Below are positions 13,178 to 26,530 of a stretch of DNA of 64,000 bases, in pieces. The notes beneath the pieces are model-generated. The model was given only the letters and a program-made list of their open reading frames with translations, did no database searches and was not told the DNA's origin. Source of the stretch: Parasitella parasitica NRRL 2501 (taxonomy: Eukaryota; Fungi; Mucoromycota); the NCBI GenBank assembly GCA_025201805.1, contig MU619338.1:7894-71893 (forward strand), written 5' to 3'. Position 1 is the stretch's first letter; each line of letters starts with the position of its first letter. Position numbers and translations under genes: made by a program.

Positions 13178-14446
13178 TTAAAGTAACAAGGCGGCAATGA
13201 ATGCGGAGGCCATTACAAGATTAGGAATAACAGACATGGCCCCACTGGTAGAAGCACTGACTTTAGAAGCAGTGGTCGCGACGCCAGAAGCGCTAGCGCC
13301 AGTCGCACTAACGGCAGTAGAGCCAGAGGTGCTGGATTTGGTTCCATTCAGTACATTGGTCCATTCAAAATCTTCAAAGTAAGGATAAGAAATGTTGTAA
13401 CAGGTAGCGACATCAATAACTTGCTTGTAGGCAGAGATAATCTTGGGCAAGTTCTCAACGGCCATGGACATGGTTTCGTTATTGATTTCGTGAGTCAACA
13501 CAATGTTACCACTGGTAGCAAAAGTGCCATTAGTACCCATAGCAATAAAGTCAGCGTAGCTTTGCTCCACAGCTTCAACTGTAGTAGTGACACCAGCAGA
13601 CCAGTCGTCAGTGTCGAGGTTCCAGATAACAGCGGTTAAACCCAACTGAGAAGCAATCCAGCGAACACGATCATCAACATCACCGTAGGGAGGACGCCAG
13701 TAACGAGGGGTTAAGCCTGTGGCGAGCTTAATTGCCTTTTGAGTGTAGTAAAATTCTGCAAGGACTTCTTGGTTAGTCTTGGTGGTCATTTGAGGATGAG
13801 ACCAAGTGTGGGAAGCGATGTGATGGCCATCAAGAACACCACGCATAGCACCGTACGGCCAGTCAACGACATTAGAGCCGATGTAGAACATGGAAGCCTT
13901 CAGTTTTTTCTCTTGGAGATAATCATAGAAAGCATTGTGAGAGCAGTTGGGTCCATCATCATAGGTTAGGCCCCAAGTCTCGGGCTCAGGGCATTTGGAA
14001 ATGTCCTCATTGACGTCGCTGAGTTTAGGAGTGGTACAGGTAGTTGCAGACCACCAACAATCAGGATCTGTTGCAGAGTCGTAACCGGTGGTGTCCAAGT
14101 TGCCGCTGGCATCAAGAGTACGAACAGCAATGTTGGGAGCTTTGGTCCAGTCAATTGAGTTGTAGAGGTCAAGGAACTCGGTAGTTGCGTTCATACCATT
14201 AGTGGTTGCAACTTCCCAGATGGAGGGCCATTCAGAAGCATTGAAGGTGAATAAAGAAGTATCAGGGTTGTAGTAAACGCATTCTTGAGTAGGGTTAATG
14301 GATGTGGTCTGCTCGATAGAAGGAACGGTGATGTTCTTGGGATTAACTCGAGAAATGAACGATTGCCAGTAATTAGAAGCATCAGCTGCGGCAATGGTAG
14401 CTACTTGGGCAATGGCAGCTGAAAGAGCGAATGTCCTGATTTGCAT
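13178..14446 (-). CDS. CDA: Chitin deacetylase (CE4/NodB), secreted and probably GPI-anchored
   Basis: Single exon with signal peptide, TYDDGP, HTWSH, RPPYG, DTDDW and LTHE motifs, a Ser/Thr tail and a hydrophobic C-terminus. Very similar to the remembered Mucor rouxii CDA. Confidence 0.96.
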   Translation of the reverse strand: MQIRTFALSAAIAQVATIAAADASNYWQSFISRVNPKNITVPSIEQTTSINPTQECVYYNPDTSLFTFNASEWPSIWEVATTNGMNATTEFLDLYNSIDWTKAPNIAVRTLDASGNLDTTGYDSATDPDCWWSATTCTTPKLSDVNEDISKCPEPETWGLTYDDGPNCSHNAFYDYLQEKKLKASMFYIGSNVVDWPYGAMRGVLDGHHIASHTWSHPQMTTKTNQEVLAEFYYTQKAIKLATGLTPRYWRPPYGDVDDRVRWIASQLGLTAVIWNLDTDDWSAGVTTTVEAVEQSYADFIAMGTNGTFATSGNIVLTHEINNETMSMAVENLPKIISAYKQVIDVATCYNISYPYFEDFEWTNVLNGTKSSTSGSTAVSATGASASGVATTASKVSASTSGAMSVIPNLVMASAFIAALLL

Positions 14447-15220
14447 CTTTTCGGCTTGTAATTATAGCAACACAGGAAGGAATGAAGGCGAAAGAAATAA
14501 ATTGTACTTTTGTGGTTATTTATACCCTTTTCGTTATAGCTGCAATGGTTTTTTGGGTTACACTATCATCCTTGGCGACGCTTATTATATACGGTACATG
14601 GTCTATTCTTAGATGCGTTTTAAATATATATTTCATATCCTTTTCTTGCCACGGCTTACAGCAATGATGACATACATATAACTTTAAAAATTTTCAAGCT
14701 TATTATTTTTGAAGCTTAGAACTACTCTTGTTAATGCACTTCACCATACAAATGCATTGTTTTTGCACAGATTCTGCAGTACTGCAGTACATCAAACCCT
14801 GCAGAGCAATCGGCGCTTAAAACTAAAGTATAATACATAGAGATATTTCCCGAGCAACTCAATTGAACAATGCAAATTACACAAAATTATCAACCACAAA
14901 GCATTCGATTTGAGAAAAATAAAATAAAATAAAGTACATTGAATTCTTCTACTGATTTTCTCCGAGTAAAACTTGCTGTATCATGCTGGTGAATGAAAAA
15001 TTGTTTTTTTTTTTAGTGCACACATGTCTCATCGCAACTGAATTCCGGTTTCAATGGTTCACATTTTGTTAAACAGGCTATTATTGGGGGCATATTTAAC
15101 ACGACGCGGTGGTTACTTGCCTGTAATGGTTCGATTTTTTTTTTTTTTCTTTTTGTTTTCAACTGTCAGCATTGCTCATCTATCTCTAACAACTTCAACA
15201 TATATATTTATACACACAAT

Positions 15221-16550
15221 ATGAAAGTCTTACAAAATGTCGAAAGTTCAATTGTCTTGCCACAACAGAGACGGCCTTCTGACATCTTGGAGGAATCTTA
15301 TGTGGCACAAAGTGTCAATAATAGCAGAAGGAATTCGACCACTGATAGCATTGTAGACTACAATTCATTGTCTGCTGCCTCAGACGGCACAGATTTAGAT
15401 GTCGAGTCGCTGGTCAACTCTACCATGTGGCCGCTACCGTCTGCTATTGCTGTTACAAGTGCTAACACTGCTGCTAATTCTGGAAACATTTCAAAAGAGC
15501 CCTCTCCGCCTGCTCCTTCTGCACATCCTTTAGACTCTACGCTTATGTTGAATGACTGGAGTCCTAGCCAAATCAAGGACACAGAATGGAAAATACCGTT
15601 ACAACATCCGCAATATTCTCAAGACATGTACTTTTTAAACAATAACGACAGAAACAACCATGACGATAATGACAATTTCTCAATGAATATGATGCCTCAA
15701 ACACCACCTGTTCACAATAGCAATTACAGCCATATGATTCCAGTGAATAATTTTTCGTACAACGGCAGCTTTTCAGACATCACAAATGGAATCAACTCTG
15801 CGCCTCCCTCGATGGTGAATACAGCCTTATCTACGCCAAATAGTGGATTGGTGAAACCACCAATGTCAAATTACTTTCAAGTTCGCAATAGTTTGCCTCC
15901 CAACTCTAAAAGCGTGCCACCGTTTCACAGTGATAATCGTCGTAGGAACTCTACAACTGATACACATCACCCTCAACGCACCTTTGGTAGACGAGCTTTA
16001 TCACATCCTTCTGTAGCTTCTGTTGTCAGCCTGACAGCGCATGAGCCAATCTCCAAGATAATCGATGGCATCGAATATATTACATTCTTATATTCACATG
16101 ACCGTCTAGTAAAGGAGTACACGGTGCGCACAGACGTGGATAATGTCAATGTAGATGATATAACCATGGATTTCCGGATTCAAAATGCGGTAAGAGTTGC
16201 CTTGGTTGGCTTGATTTGCCCTTTTTTTTCTTTATTATTATTATTATTATTATTGTTATAACTGACTATTGCATACATAGATTTACCCAAGAGCGAATGT
16301 TGACAAATCCGAATATGATGGTAACCGTTGGAATTACGAAACTACATGCAATCAATTGGGCTGGAAGCTTTGCTGGCTAAACAAGGACCAGCTGTTTGGA
16401 AGGAGAGGCCTCATACAGCGTGCAGTTGATTCTTTTCGTAATCGCCATACTGAAATGCGATCCCGAAGAGTCACCCGTCAAGAAAAAGTAGCCAATGGTA
16501 CTTTACGCAAACGTCGATCAAAAAAATCGTTAGCTCATAACATGTTATAA
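15221..16550 (+). CDS. Low-complexity protein with conserved C-terminal fungal domain of unknown function (possible transcription factor)
   Basis: Two exons. ITFLYSHDRLVKEYTVRTDV...YPRAN...GNRWNYETTCN.LGW.L..LN...RRGLIQRAVDSFRN is a motif I recall from unannotated fungal proteins; basic C-terminus (RKRRSKK). Confidence 0.8.
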
Positions 16551-16845
16551 CTAAGAGAATGCTGTATATACTATTTGTATAATTGTATTTAATAAATTCT
16601 GTCGCCTGATGCTTTGTTTATCAAGATAAAGCAAAAACACATGGCGTGCTTCCTCGAAAAATTTACAAGTACAATGTCAAAACTGCACCAGAATTTGGTT
16701 GCTCTACGGTAGTTATGGAAACGTTCCTGCCAGATGCAGATGTCAACTCAGACGACGACAGCCAACGCCTGCTTCAACTCCAAAGCCACCGCCTTGATGT
16801 TTTTTTTTCTACCTAGTCTACTACTACTATTCTGTACTTGAGACT

Positions 16846-18356
16846 ATGCAAAAAATGGCCAACGGTGCAGTCAGTTTCAAGTTACAAGCGGAAAGCAGCA
16901 TTTTTCGCCGAGGAGCATTGCAATTTGTAAAAAAAGATAAGACTATCCAAACACCTGGATGTATGACTTATACGCTTCGAGGTTCTGTTCCTCATCTTAT
17001 CAAGGACAATTTAACATTGCTGCCTATCGAACTTGTGCACATTTCTTTGGAACATTTGTAAATGCAAAAGTACCGTGAAACTAATTTCGATCTAATTAAA
17101 CATATATATTTATATATGTATTTATATAGTTTGGAACAAAAGGACCCTTCTTCCTTCAAATATCCTTATGGCATCCACAAATATATCAACCTGGAGGTAA
17201 GTTTTCGATTGCGGTTACCTTTTTTTTTTCTTTTAAATTGATATGTAACGACCTGGATAGAATGAACTGGTTTACTGCGATATTCGTGATCCTGCAAAAT
17301 TGACACCCATCTCATTCAATACTGATAAATACCTCTCTGTCGAAACACATGGTGGTGTTCGTCAAGTTACACCGGAAAACTGGGCTGAAGCAATCAGAAA
17401 TTACCGCCCTGATGTTGCGGCTTCCATGGCTGACACTGTAACCGATTTAGATGTCAAAACAAAACGTATCAAAAGATCAGTAGATAGAACATTACGCTGG
17501 TTGGATGAGAATTTAAACAAGATAAAGGTAGTATTAGCTTGAGAGGCCCTGGAATTTTTACATGTACTTACCAGTGCTTATCGCAGGACTTGGAGATTCC
17601 TGTGTTTGCTCCTGTCATGGGCCATACAGACGTTGAGGAACGTGCTCGCTCTGCCACGGAAACTGCTGAAAGGGATGTGCAAGGTAGGTTTAAGCAATCC
17701 TATAAAGGAATAGAAAAGGCTTATTGAACTTGTTACGTCAAGGCTTCATTGTCAATCTCTTTGGCCTGGAAAAGGACCAGCTAAGCAAACATGTAAAGGC
17801 ATCCACTGATAATTTACCCAACGACAAGCCCAGAGTTGGTTACGGCTTTGCATCTCCTGAGGGTATTTTAGAAGGTGTTGCAAATGGAATCGATTTGTTC
17901 GACGGCACATATGCATACATAGTTACTGATAAGGGTCGTGCTATCTCATTCAAATTTGGAGAGGAACTGAAGAATGCTGCTGAATCAAAAAATCAGCCGA
18001 AAACCATCAATCTATGGGACAGCCAGCTAGCTCATGCTTTCGAGCCTATTGACACAACATGTGGATGTGAAGCTTGTTCTCGACCTCACACCAAAGCTTA
18101 TATCCACCACTTGCTCAACGCACATGAAATGTTGGGCCCCATTTTACTAATGAGCCACAACATCTACCAATTGGACAAATTTATGGCTGCTGTTCGCAAA
18201 AGTATCGAGAATCAGCAATTCGAACAGGATATGGAATCTTTTATGAACTTTTATAGTCATAAAAAGGAAGTAAATGGTAGGGACGATCATGAAGATGAGG
18301 TTGATGATCAGTCTTTAGGCGTTCATTTGAAAAAGAAGAGAACTTTGCTACTTTAA
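16846..18356 (+). CDS. QTRT2: Queuine tRNA-ribosyltransferase accessory subunit
   Basis: TGT fold: TPGCMTYTLRGSVPHL, KRSVDRTLRWL, GIDLFDG and Zn site CGCEAC...AYIHHLLNAHEMLG..LLMSHN. It lacks the catalytic DSGG motif. Confidence 0.9.
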
Positions 18357-18417
18357 GACAGTACGACATGTAAATAAACAGTTTTATAATATGCGCTTTG
18401 TCGATTTATTATTCTAA

Positions 18418-19540
18418 TTAAACAAAGTTGGAAGAAATCTTCCATCCAATATCTCTGTTGGCATAAAAAGGTACAACAGCACCTAAATCCGCATTGCTGG
18501 CAGAAATTTCATATTGTTGAGGAACAACAATGTTAGTTTCCTTGACCAAAGTAACCGTTTTGTTCTCGAATCCTGGCTTTTGAGAGAGACCGTAAAATTT
18601 CTTACCAAAATGACAAGCAAAGTTTTCGAGCTTTTCGAGACAACCGATCTCTTCAAAGATCTTGGCGAGGTATGGGAGTACAAGAGGTGTGGTGAATACA
18701 CCAGCATTGGAGCGAGCGCCTTCCTTGGCTGCAACAGGGTGAGGCGCAGAATCTGTACCCAAGAAGAAACGAGGGTGTCCTGATTTGACAACTTCTCTCA
18801 AAGCTTCACGGTCATGGGGATATTTGGCTACAGGCTTACAGAAGTGATGTGCTTGACCAGCCCAATCATCCACAATCAGCTGAAGGTGGTGAACAGTAAT
18901 AGTACAGCCAACAGTGTCGCCCAAGCTTTTGACCATATCTACAGCAGCCTTGGATGTAGCATGCTCCAACACAATCTTCAACTTGGGGAACGCTTCGTGA
19001 AGCTTTTTCAGTTCAGGCAAGAATTTTTCCTCGGCGTTCATGACGCAGATATCACTGTTGTTATCACTAGGACATTCGCCGTGCAAATTCAACACAAGGC
19101 CCTCATCCTCCATGGCCTTGAAAACAGGATAGTACACTTGGTAGTTCTCGATACCGTTCTCGCTGTTGGTGGTGACACCACGAGGGTATGATTTGACACC
19201 TGCAATACCGGCTTTGGCAGCTTTGCGCACTTCATCTGCAGTGAGGTCAGGAGACAAATAAAGTGTCATGTAAAATGTGACATTAGGAGCAAGGGCTTCC
19301 AATTCTGCTTTATATGCCAAGGCTTCCTCGGTATTTTTGATAGGAGGCTGCAAGTTGGGCTACCATTGATAGAAGTTTGTGATTTATTGCAGTACTTTCC
19401 ACATTTTTTTCACTAACCATAATGTAAGCAAGAGACACACCACCTTCTTCAACCTTAGGAGTGACCATACGCATCATATCTCCTTGACGGAGATGAAGAT
19501 GAAAGTCAGAAGCAGATGGGATAGTAATGGAAGTAGTCAT
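18418..19540 (-). CDS. URA4: Dihydroorotase (homodimeric type; 2 exons)
   Basis: DFHLHLRQG, M-PNLQPP, GVKSYPRGVTTNS, LNLHGE, LEHATS, CKPVAK and FLGTDSAPH. Confidence 0.96.
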
Positions 19541-19878
19541 GTTGTCCTTTCAGAGCGTTATCCTTGGTTTGTTTGTTGCAGTGCAAAGAGAAGGAAGATA
19601 GTCAACAAGATGGAGGAGGGGGGTTGTAATGACACCCCGCCTGCTTGATTTGATGGAATTCTATGGAGCTGCTTTGATTTAGATGACCGATAACCATTGG
19701 AGATTCGATCATTTGGGCATTATCAAGACATTACCTTGTATTATATAAATACACTGAAATATTCCTGTTCCAAGGTTTATTTTGCCTATTTATGGATCAT
19801 TTTTGCCAAGAGGAATGCAAATTGCTAATACTAAAAAAAGCGTTTATTTAGATTATTCAAGTTTCTGTAGTTTACATA

Positions 19879-21618
19879 TTATTCAGCATTCTGTACAGTT
19901 TTAGACACAAGTTCATCTAGTTTCTGTTTGTCAATGTATTCAGTCGAATTGAGTTTAACGATTGTTGTGACAATGCGCTTTTGAATTGATTCCGTTACTG
20001 ACACTGTCTCGATAAAGTGGTGCAAGAATGCCACCACTGTATTGACCGTAATGCGGCCAGGATAACCGTTCTTCTCGACAGCCAAGGATTTAATGTCTAA
20101 TCTTGGAAGTAGAACATCTAAATAAATCTCGGGCGAGGGTAGCTGGGTAATTATAAGCCCCAATATGTCATGTATTTTGTCTTCAATTGAGAGTTCAGTG
20201 TGGTTAGCGTATGCAATAAACAAGTAATGCACCAATTTCTTCATTGATCTAACTAGATCGTCTGCAGAGGCATATCCCAAAAATAACTTTAGTGAATCGA
20301 GACCTGTCTCTTGTCTAACTTTAATGAAATCGGTAATGCCTTGAAGCAGATATAGAACGCTATGATCGTAGCACATGTGCACCAAATGCCTCAGTCCTAT
20401 TTAACTTAAAACATTAATACATCGGACAAATATGTCAATTTGATTACGATTTTACCAATGTTTATTGCTTGCTGTTCATCTGCGGGGACCTCCTTGATGA
20501 TATCGGCATCAGATAAATCCTGTGCACAACTTTTTCCCACTTCAGATATACTGGAAGCACAAGTGTATTGCACACTCGGTAGGTCGTCCAATGTTCCTGA
20601 TAATATAATAGGTAAAATCTGTTCTCCATACTGATATCTATCACGAGGACTCCAACTGCACAACAAGCGACCAAGCACAAGAAATAGGGTATCTCTAACA
20701 AGCGCGGAATTGTCGTAGATCAGCGTTGGTACTATAGGCTGTCTGTCCAATTTCTCGTCATGCTCAAATAATAGGCGTAGCCCTTTAGGTGATGCAATCA
20801 GCACTGCCTCCATTGCCTAGACGGTAGTTTTTGAGTATACTGGCAAGCACCTTCACTCCGTCTGGTTTACCTTGATTCCTTTAACTCGAACTGCTGTATG
20901 TTTATGCACTAATAGAGGCATAACCAGTCTTATCATTTTTTCACAAGCATAGTCAACGGATTTGGGTTGTTCCTTAGCGTATAGTATAATTAGATCGGCA
21001 CATTGCTTTTGGATTTCTGCAAACTGATCATCACCACCTATCTTCATTACCTCCATGAACAATTCGCTCTCCATGACCGATATTTTTGAACATGCCAATC
21101 TGGCAAGTAGAGTCGCACACAGTTGCATCCATGCGTATCGGACCTCCTCTGTTGTCTCGTGTTGTAGTCGTTTTATTAGGTGTTGAAGTAAATGTTCAGT
21201 TACAGGCTTTGATATAGATCCCTTTTTGCAACGATCAACTAGACTTTTTGCATTTGTTTAGAAAAAAAAAAAGGAGCAAAAAGGCACTGACAACTCTCAC
21301 CTTTTAAGTATCTCAACTGTTTGCTCTCTGACACTCTCAATTGCACTATTGCTACAAGTAAACAAGGAGTCTTGCAGCTTGCTCAGTAGCTCATTGGCAA
21401 TGAGAGGTGCATCGTCCCTTTCCTTGCCTTGTAATGTTTCCTGTTTGACGGCTTGCATTGCTCGTCTCTTGGCAGGTCGTTCTCGGGTGCTGGTATCCTC
21501 TAAAATGGCTAAATGTGGGTTTATAGCCTATTCAGGCGTTGTTTACTACTAATCAATAGTTCCAGGTTCTGTTTTTTTTTTTTTGCCTTACTTGAATTAT
21601 TTCGTCTACTGCTTGCAT
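19879..21618 (-). CDS. HEAT-repeat protein, DNAAF5/HEATR2-like (shortened)
   Basis: Spliced segments (EEVRYAWMQL; DQFAEIQKQC; LVHKHTAVRVKGI; YDNSALVR...RDRYQYGEQILPIILSGTLDDLPSV; SPEIYLDVLLPRL) align by eye with remembered human DNAAF5 segments ([59 protein letters not shown]). Confidence 0.7.
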
Positions 21619-23142
21619 TTGTTTCTATATTAGAAGCACATACAAATAAATAAAAAAAAAGATTTTCTCCAGTAATACTAAATCTGTTTCGGAGAAGGAA
21701 CTACTGCATGTGCCATTCATTGCAACAGACAACAGAGGTGCCTCAAGTTCGGATGTGTTTTAGAATGGTGTAAAAGAACAATATTTTGGCTAAAGGCTAT
21801 ATCTCTACCGCTTAGTAGTTTGCAAAGATATTAGAGATTGCAAATTATGCCTTTAAGCGGGGGGAAAAGGTGCTGGTCATTGATCAAGAGGCCTTTATTT
21901 TAACCAAAACATGAAGCTACATAAAATCAGCTTTTGAGGCCGGATTATACCATGTCTCAGCTATTGATTTATATTGACACATACCCAAGTTACCTATTAC
22001 GATTATGCTTTGCTCCTCAATTGAAAATAGATGGTGCATTACTGAAGGCCTAATATATGCAGTGCGTAAATTCAATCCCAGCAGTATGTTGCCATTCAAT
22101 TTCAAATCATGCATCAAATCTTTGTTGCTAAATATCCCAACAAAGTATTAGCTATATCTGATATGAGCAATAGTTGTTGTTTGTCAAAAAACAAGATATG
22201 TATCGAACCATGTAGCTTACAGTACTATTGATGTACATTTTTATAGAATCAATTTTCAATAATTCAAAAACCACCTTTTTTGATAGTTTTTCACTAAAAG
22301 CGACCCTATTTTGAGCACATCTTACCCTATAAACCCTACTAATCGATTCATCACATTAATACCTACACGTCCATATCTTTTGCACAACTGTAACTCAACT
22401 ATTTCTACTAAAAATCAAAATCTTGTCGAGACCCAATTGAATCTACCATTTTTCGTCCCAGGCTTTATGCAGTCAAAATCGAACCTTCAAAACCCTATTA
22501 ACCCAATTCCCTTTTTCTCCATTATCTCACTCAAAAAATCATGAAACAAAAGCCATTCCATACCTATTGACTAGCGGAGTTGGAACTTAAATCGAAGTTT
22601 CGTTTCAATCGGCGATTAAAAATGTGACACTAATTTGCCTTACAAGAAGCCACACTTCCTAATCCGAGCAAGAATAGTTGCAATGAGAAGCGAGTTAAAA
22701 CAATGGTAACGACTGCATTCTATAGAAACAGCATTTGTATAGTAAAAGTAAATGTTTCTTGTCTCAGTTGGTTGTATCTGTTAATATGTAACTATATCAT
22801 CTAGTTACTACATCTTGCCAATGCACTTTAAGACACCAAATTTATGTCAAACTTTATTCCCCACGATGAATCAAAAAAAAGTTAATTAATTCATTATATA
22901 GAAGTATATATCCGTTCGATATTAAAATGTTAAGATGACTCTTAAGCTCACAACAAGCAGATGCCCAAATGCATATACTATACAAAAAATCAAGCACTCT
23001 TGAGTTAATTATAATTACATGGTAGACTATTTATGTAAATCGACCTTTTCGTATTCCTCGAATGATACATTAAACAGAAGACTCAAATATAAAGCATAAT
23101 TGTAACAGAGTGCAAATAAAAAAAACTGCCAATTGGTTTTGA

Positions 23143-25286
23143 TCATGACTGTTGCTTTGAGTTGTTCTTGTATTTAGATAAAGCATACATAACTTTTTCA
23201 TCTTGATATAATTCTTTTGATTCTTTAAACAGCACGATATCAACGCCCTTCGCTGCTCGTCTTGCAATAGCTAGCCTTGTGAATAATTGCATCAAGCTTT
23301 GTGAAGGAGGAGAATGCTGATGATCATATGCTGTGTGGCCTTCTATCCTTGCTGTCGATGACCGCAGGGATGCAGCAATATCCAGTGGCTGATGCCCCGT
23401 CAATGATGGCTCCAAGACTAGCTCTGCTAGTTTGGAAGCAGCCTTGTCTTTCTCGTCATCTACATCATTGTCAAGACACTCTTCATCTGTATCCTCTTCG
23501 TCATATGTGACAGTGGTCGCTGCATTATCATCATGGCGCACGATGGTTGTCGAAAGGTCAGGCGAGGATTCAGTCCTGTGATCTGCAGAAAGATTAGAGG
23601 TGAAAAATGCAGAAAATGTCAAGCTTCTTTTATTCCTCATGCGGCGACGCTTTTTGGCTTCTTTTGAAAGACGATGACGGCAATGATTTGTGGTTATATC
23701 TCTGATAAATATTTTTATAATCTGGCCTGGGAACTCGTTTGCTATTCTTGTGTAGATCTCCAGATCAATTTCACCAGAATCACCTACAAGGACAAATTTG
23801 CGATGTGGAAAATCTCGCAATATTTTGCATATGGATTCTCGTTTGGAGCGACCTGATTCTTGCACTAGTTTCGAAATAATCCCAGTGCTTGGTCGTAGAT
23901 GAAAACTGCCTGGTGGAAAATGATGGTTGTCGATGAACTGATGCAGCATGTGTACTAGCTGAAAAGGACTGTTGGAAACATAATGGTAAGATGCACCTTG
24001 ATTGTACTTTATAGTCAAGACATATATGTAAGTTCAATAGAGTCTTTAAGCTTGTGCATATATTGAGCTTACCCAATGTAAATATGCATCCGCCATACCT
24101 GGAACTGCACGAGTTGGGTTGAAAAAGGTATTAGAGAGTACAGTGCGAGCACCTGATAGTACCCGAGTATCTTTGATGGTGTCGTCAATATCACTGATTA
24201 CAGACACTCCATAGGGTTCAATTAATTGGACTATGCCGTATTTCGGAGGAAAACAAAAGCCTTTTTTAGTGCTGAGATCGCTATTGGACTGGGATCTGAT
24301 TTTTATCATGCGTTCCTCTACAACTGTGTCATTATTACTGTGAGTCCAGGCACCAACTTGTTGTTCTGAGACACGAAATTCGCCTTCGAAGATGCCAGTT
24401 CCCTTTGATTCCAGTGTAACACCATTTTCATTCATACAAGAACCAGCCCTACTTTGATCGCAGCAGCTGATCTCTTTTTCGTCATCTTCATCACTGCTGG
24501 TATTAGATCCACGATGGTCGACATTAGAAGCCGTAAATGTAGGGGGATAGGGTGTATCAAGAATGATGGGCAGGGGTTTCACAGCATCATCATGAATGAC
24601 TATACAACTGTGATCCATATATTGTTTTGTCGCATTGCAGATCTTTTGCCATTGTGGTGATGTTTTCTCTGGTGGCAATTGAAAATCTGAGAGGCCGTCG
24701 TGTGGTGTCGGTGGCAATTCGAAGATATGATTGTTGCAAAGCTGAAACCATTCTGCATTGGTGGCCGCTCCGATAGCCTCTATTTCAATTCTCTTGTTGC
24801 GTTTACCTTTCGCCATAAAGTATTTGAATCGATGTTCAAACATTTTATCAGCATTTTCATGAGTTGCAGAGCCTTTTCCAGCAACACTTCTTGTAATACC
24901 TACATGGCTCAATGGTTATAGTCGTGCCCTTAGCCTTTAGATTAGTAATGCCCTTGTTACCTTTCAAAACTCTTTGCTTTGAACCAGGCCTTTTCAAAGA
25001 TAGCGCCCATCCTTTTGTGCGGACAATCCACTTGTCAATGTCTGGAATGAAACGTATTGTTATTCTTGTATTTAACTGAATATAAGAGAGAAATCGGCTT
25101 ACTGGAAGGGTCTCTGAATGCATAGGTAGGAAATAGGATACACTCACGATCAACTGAACGATGAGCTTTTTTAGTATTTACAGATAGCGGTGATGATTGT
25201 GCAGCAGTTTTTACTGTGGTATTCGAAGCCATTGATAACGATGATTTTGCTGTTAAATGATAGTGCTTTAATGAAGGTTTATGCAT
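23143..25286 (-). CDS. App1-family phosphatidate phosphatase
   Basis: ILFPTYA N-terminal motif, GVSVISDIDDTIK (DxDxT), YHYVSNSPFQL, FPPGSFHL and LVGDSGEIDLEIY. Confidence 0.9.
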
Positions 25287-25423
25287 AGCTGTTTATTTAA
25301 AATGGCATGTCTTTTGTTGATGTATACGAGGAGAGAAAGAGGAGCAGCAATACAACATGTCTCGGTTCATATATGTAAAATGGAGATCAGTTGATGTCCC
25401 GCCGAGTTGTGTTTTTCCATTTC

Positions 25424-26530
25424 TCATTTCAATTTGTTGCTAAAAACATGCATCCGTGTTATTCCATGTTTCGTGCATTTCATCATCAAATTACTTACAG
25501 CCTTTTTTTGGTTTCTAGATCTTTGATTTTGTTTAGTAATCTCTCGCGGTCTGTGTTTGCGCAGGATAGTTTAGATTCTAATGTTTGCGCAGAGTCGTTG
25601 ATTTGTTCAAGTTTGGAGCGCTTTGATTCGGCTTCTACTTCTCTTGAATGTAGAGATTCTTGAAGTTTCTACACAACCATCCTGTTAATAGCCTGCTCAC
25701 AATCCTGCAGCTAGTTCTACCTTTATGTCAATATCCAGGGCTCTGCTTTCGTCGTCTAAATTCTGAAATTCGCTTGATGTAGTCTCGATTGAAGTTCTCA
25801 AAGCTTCATTTTCCTCTTTTATTTGATCCAATTGCTTAACCTCTGCATGTAATCTTCGTTTTACGTCGTCCACTTCCACTTCAAGTGCGGTCAATCGCCT
25901 CGAATGGTTCAAGCTATCATCTTCTAGCTGTTGGTATTCAATTCGTTGATTTGCGTTCAGTTCCTCAATGTTGATTGTATGGTTTCTTTCCAGCTCTTGA
26001 AGCTCTGTTCGCAATGCTGCTGCTTTTTGCAACGCTTCCTTTTCCTGCGATTCTTTCTCATCTTTGGTTATCTCTAATTCACGCTTGAATTTGTGCAATT
26101 CATCCACTGGAAAGAAAAAAGGGTTAATCAGTATGCGGTTGACGTACTGAACCGTTGTTATTCTCACGTCTTTGCTTGTTCATCTCAAACATATTCGTCA
26201 TATCTGCCACTTTACCCTGTTCATAAACAGCTATGGTTCAGAAATATGTCTATTATCCTGCGAATCCCGTCTTACCCTTAGATCCCATGCTGGTCTTTCT
26301 TTTAATCCTGCAGCTGTTGTTTTGAATGACTTTGCCAATGACTTTGGCTCTTCTGGTTTCTTCTTTCTCGGTAACCCTGATTTATTTCCTGCTATTTGTG
26401 CGTTCACTGCTTTCGCACGAGCCATAGACGCTTTTGTACCTACAATAGCTGGCGTTACTGGTGCTATCTTTCGTTGCTTGCCTTTGCTGGCTAAAGTAGG
26501 GGAGGTTGCAACACGTTTTCTGCTCTCCAT
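25424..26530 (-). CDS. Kinesin-14 (Kar3/KIFC1)-like tail plus coiled coil, with no motor domain
   Basis: Basic tail and RPAWDLR-GK motif across an intron, then a long coiled coil ending NTDRERLLNKIKDLETKKR and a stop (25495, or 25424 if a last intron is spliced). Splice sites are clean. Confidence 0.7.
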
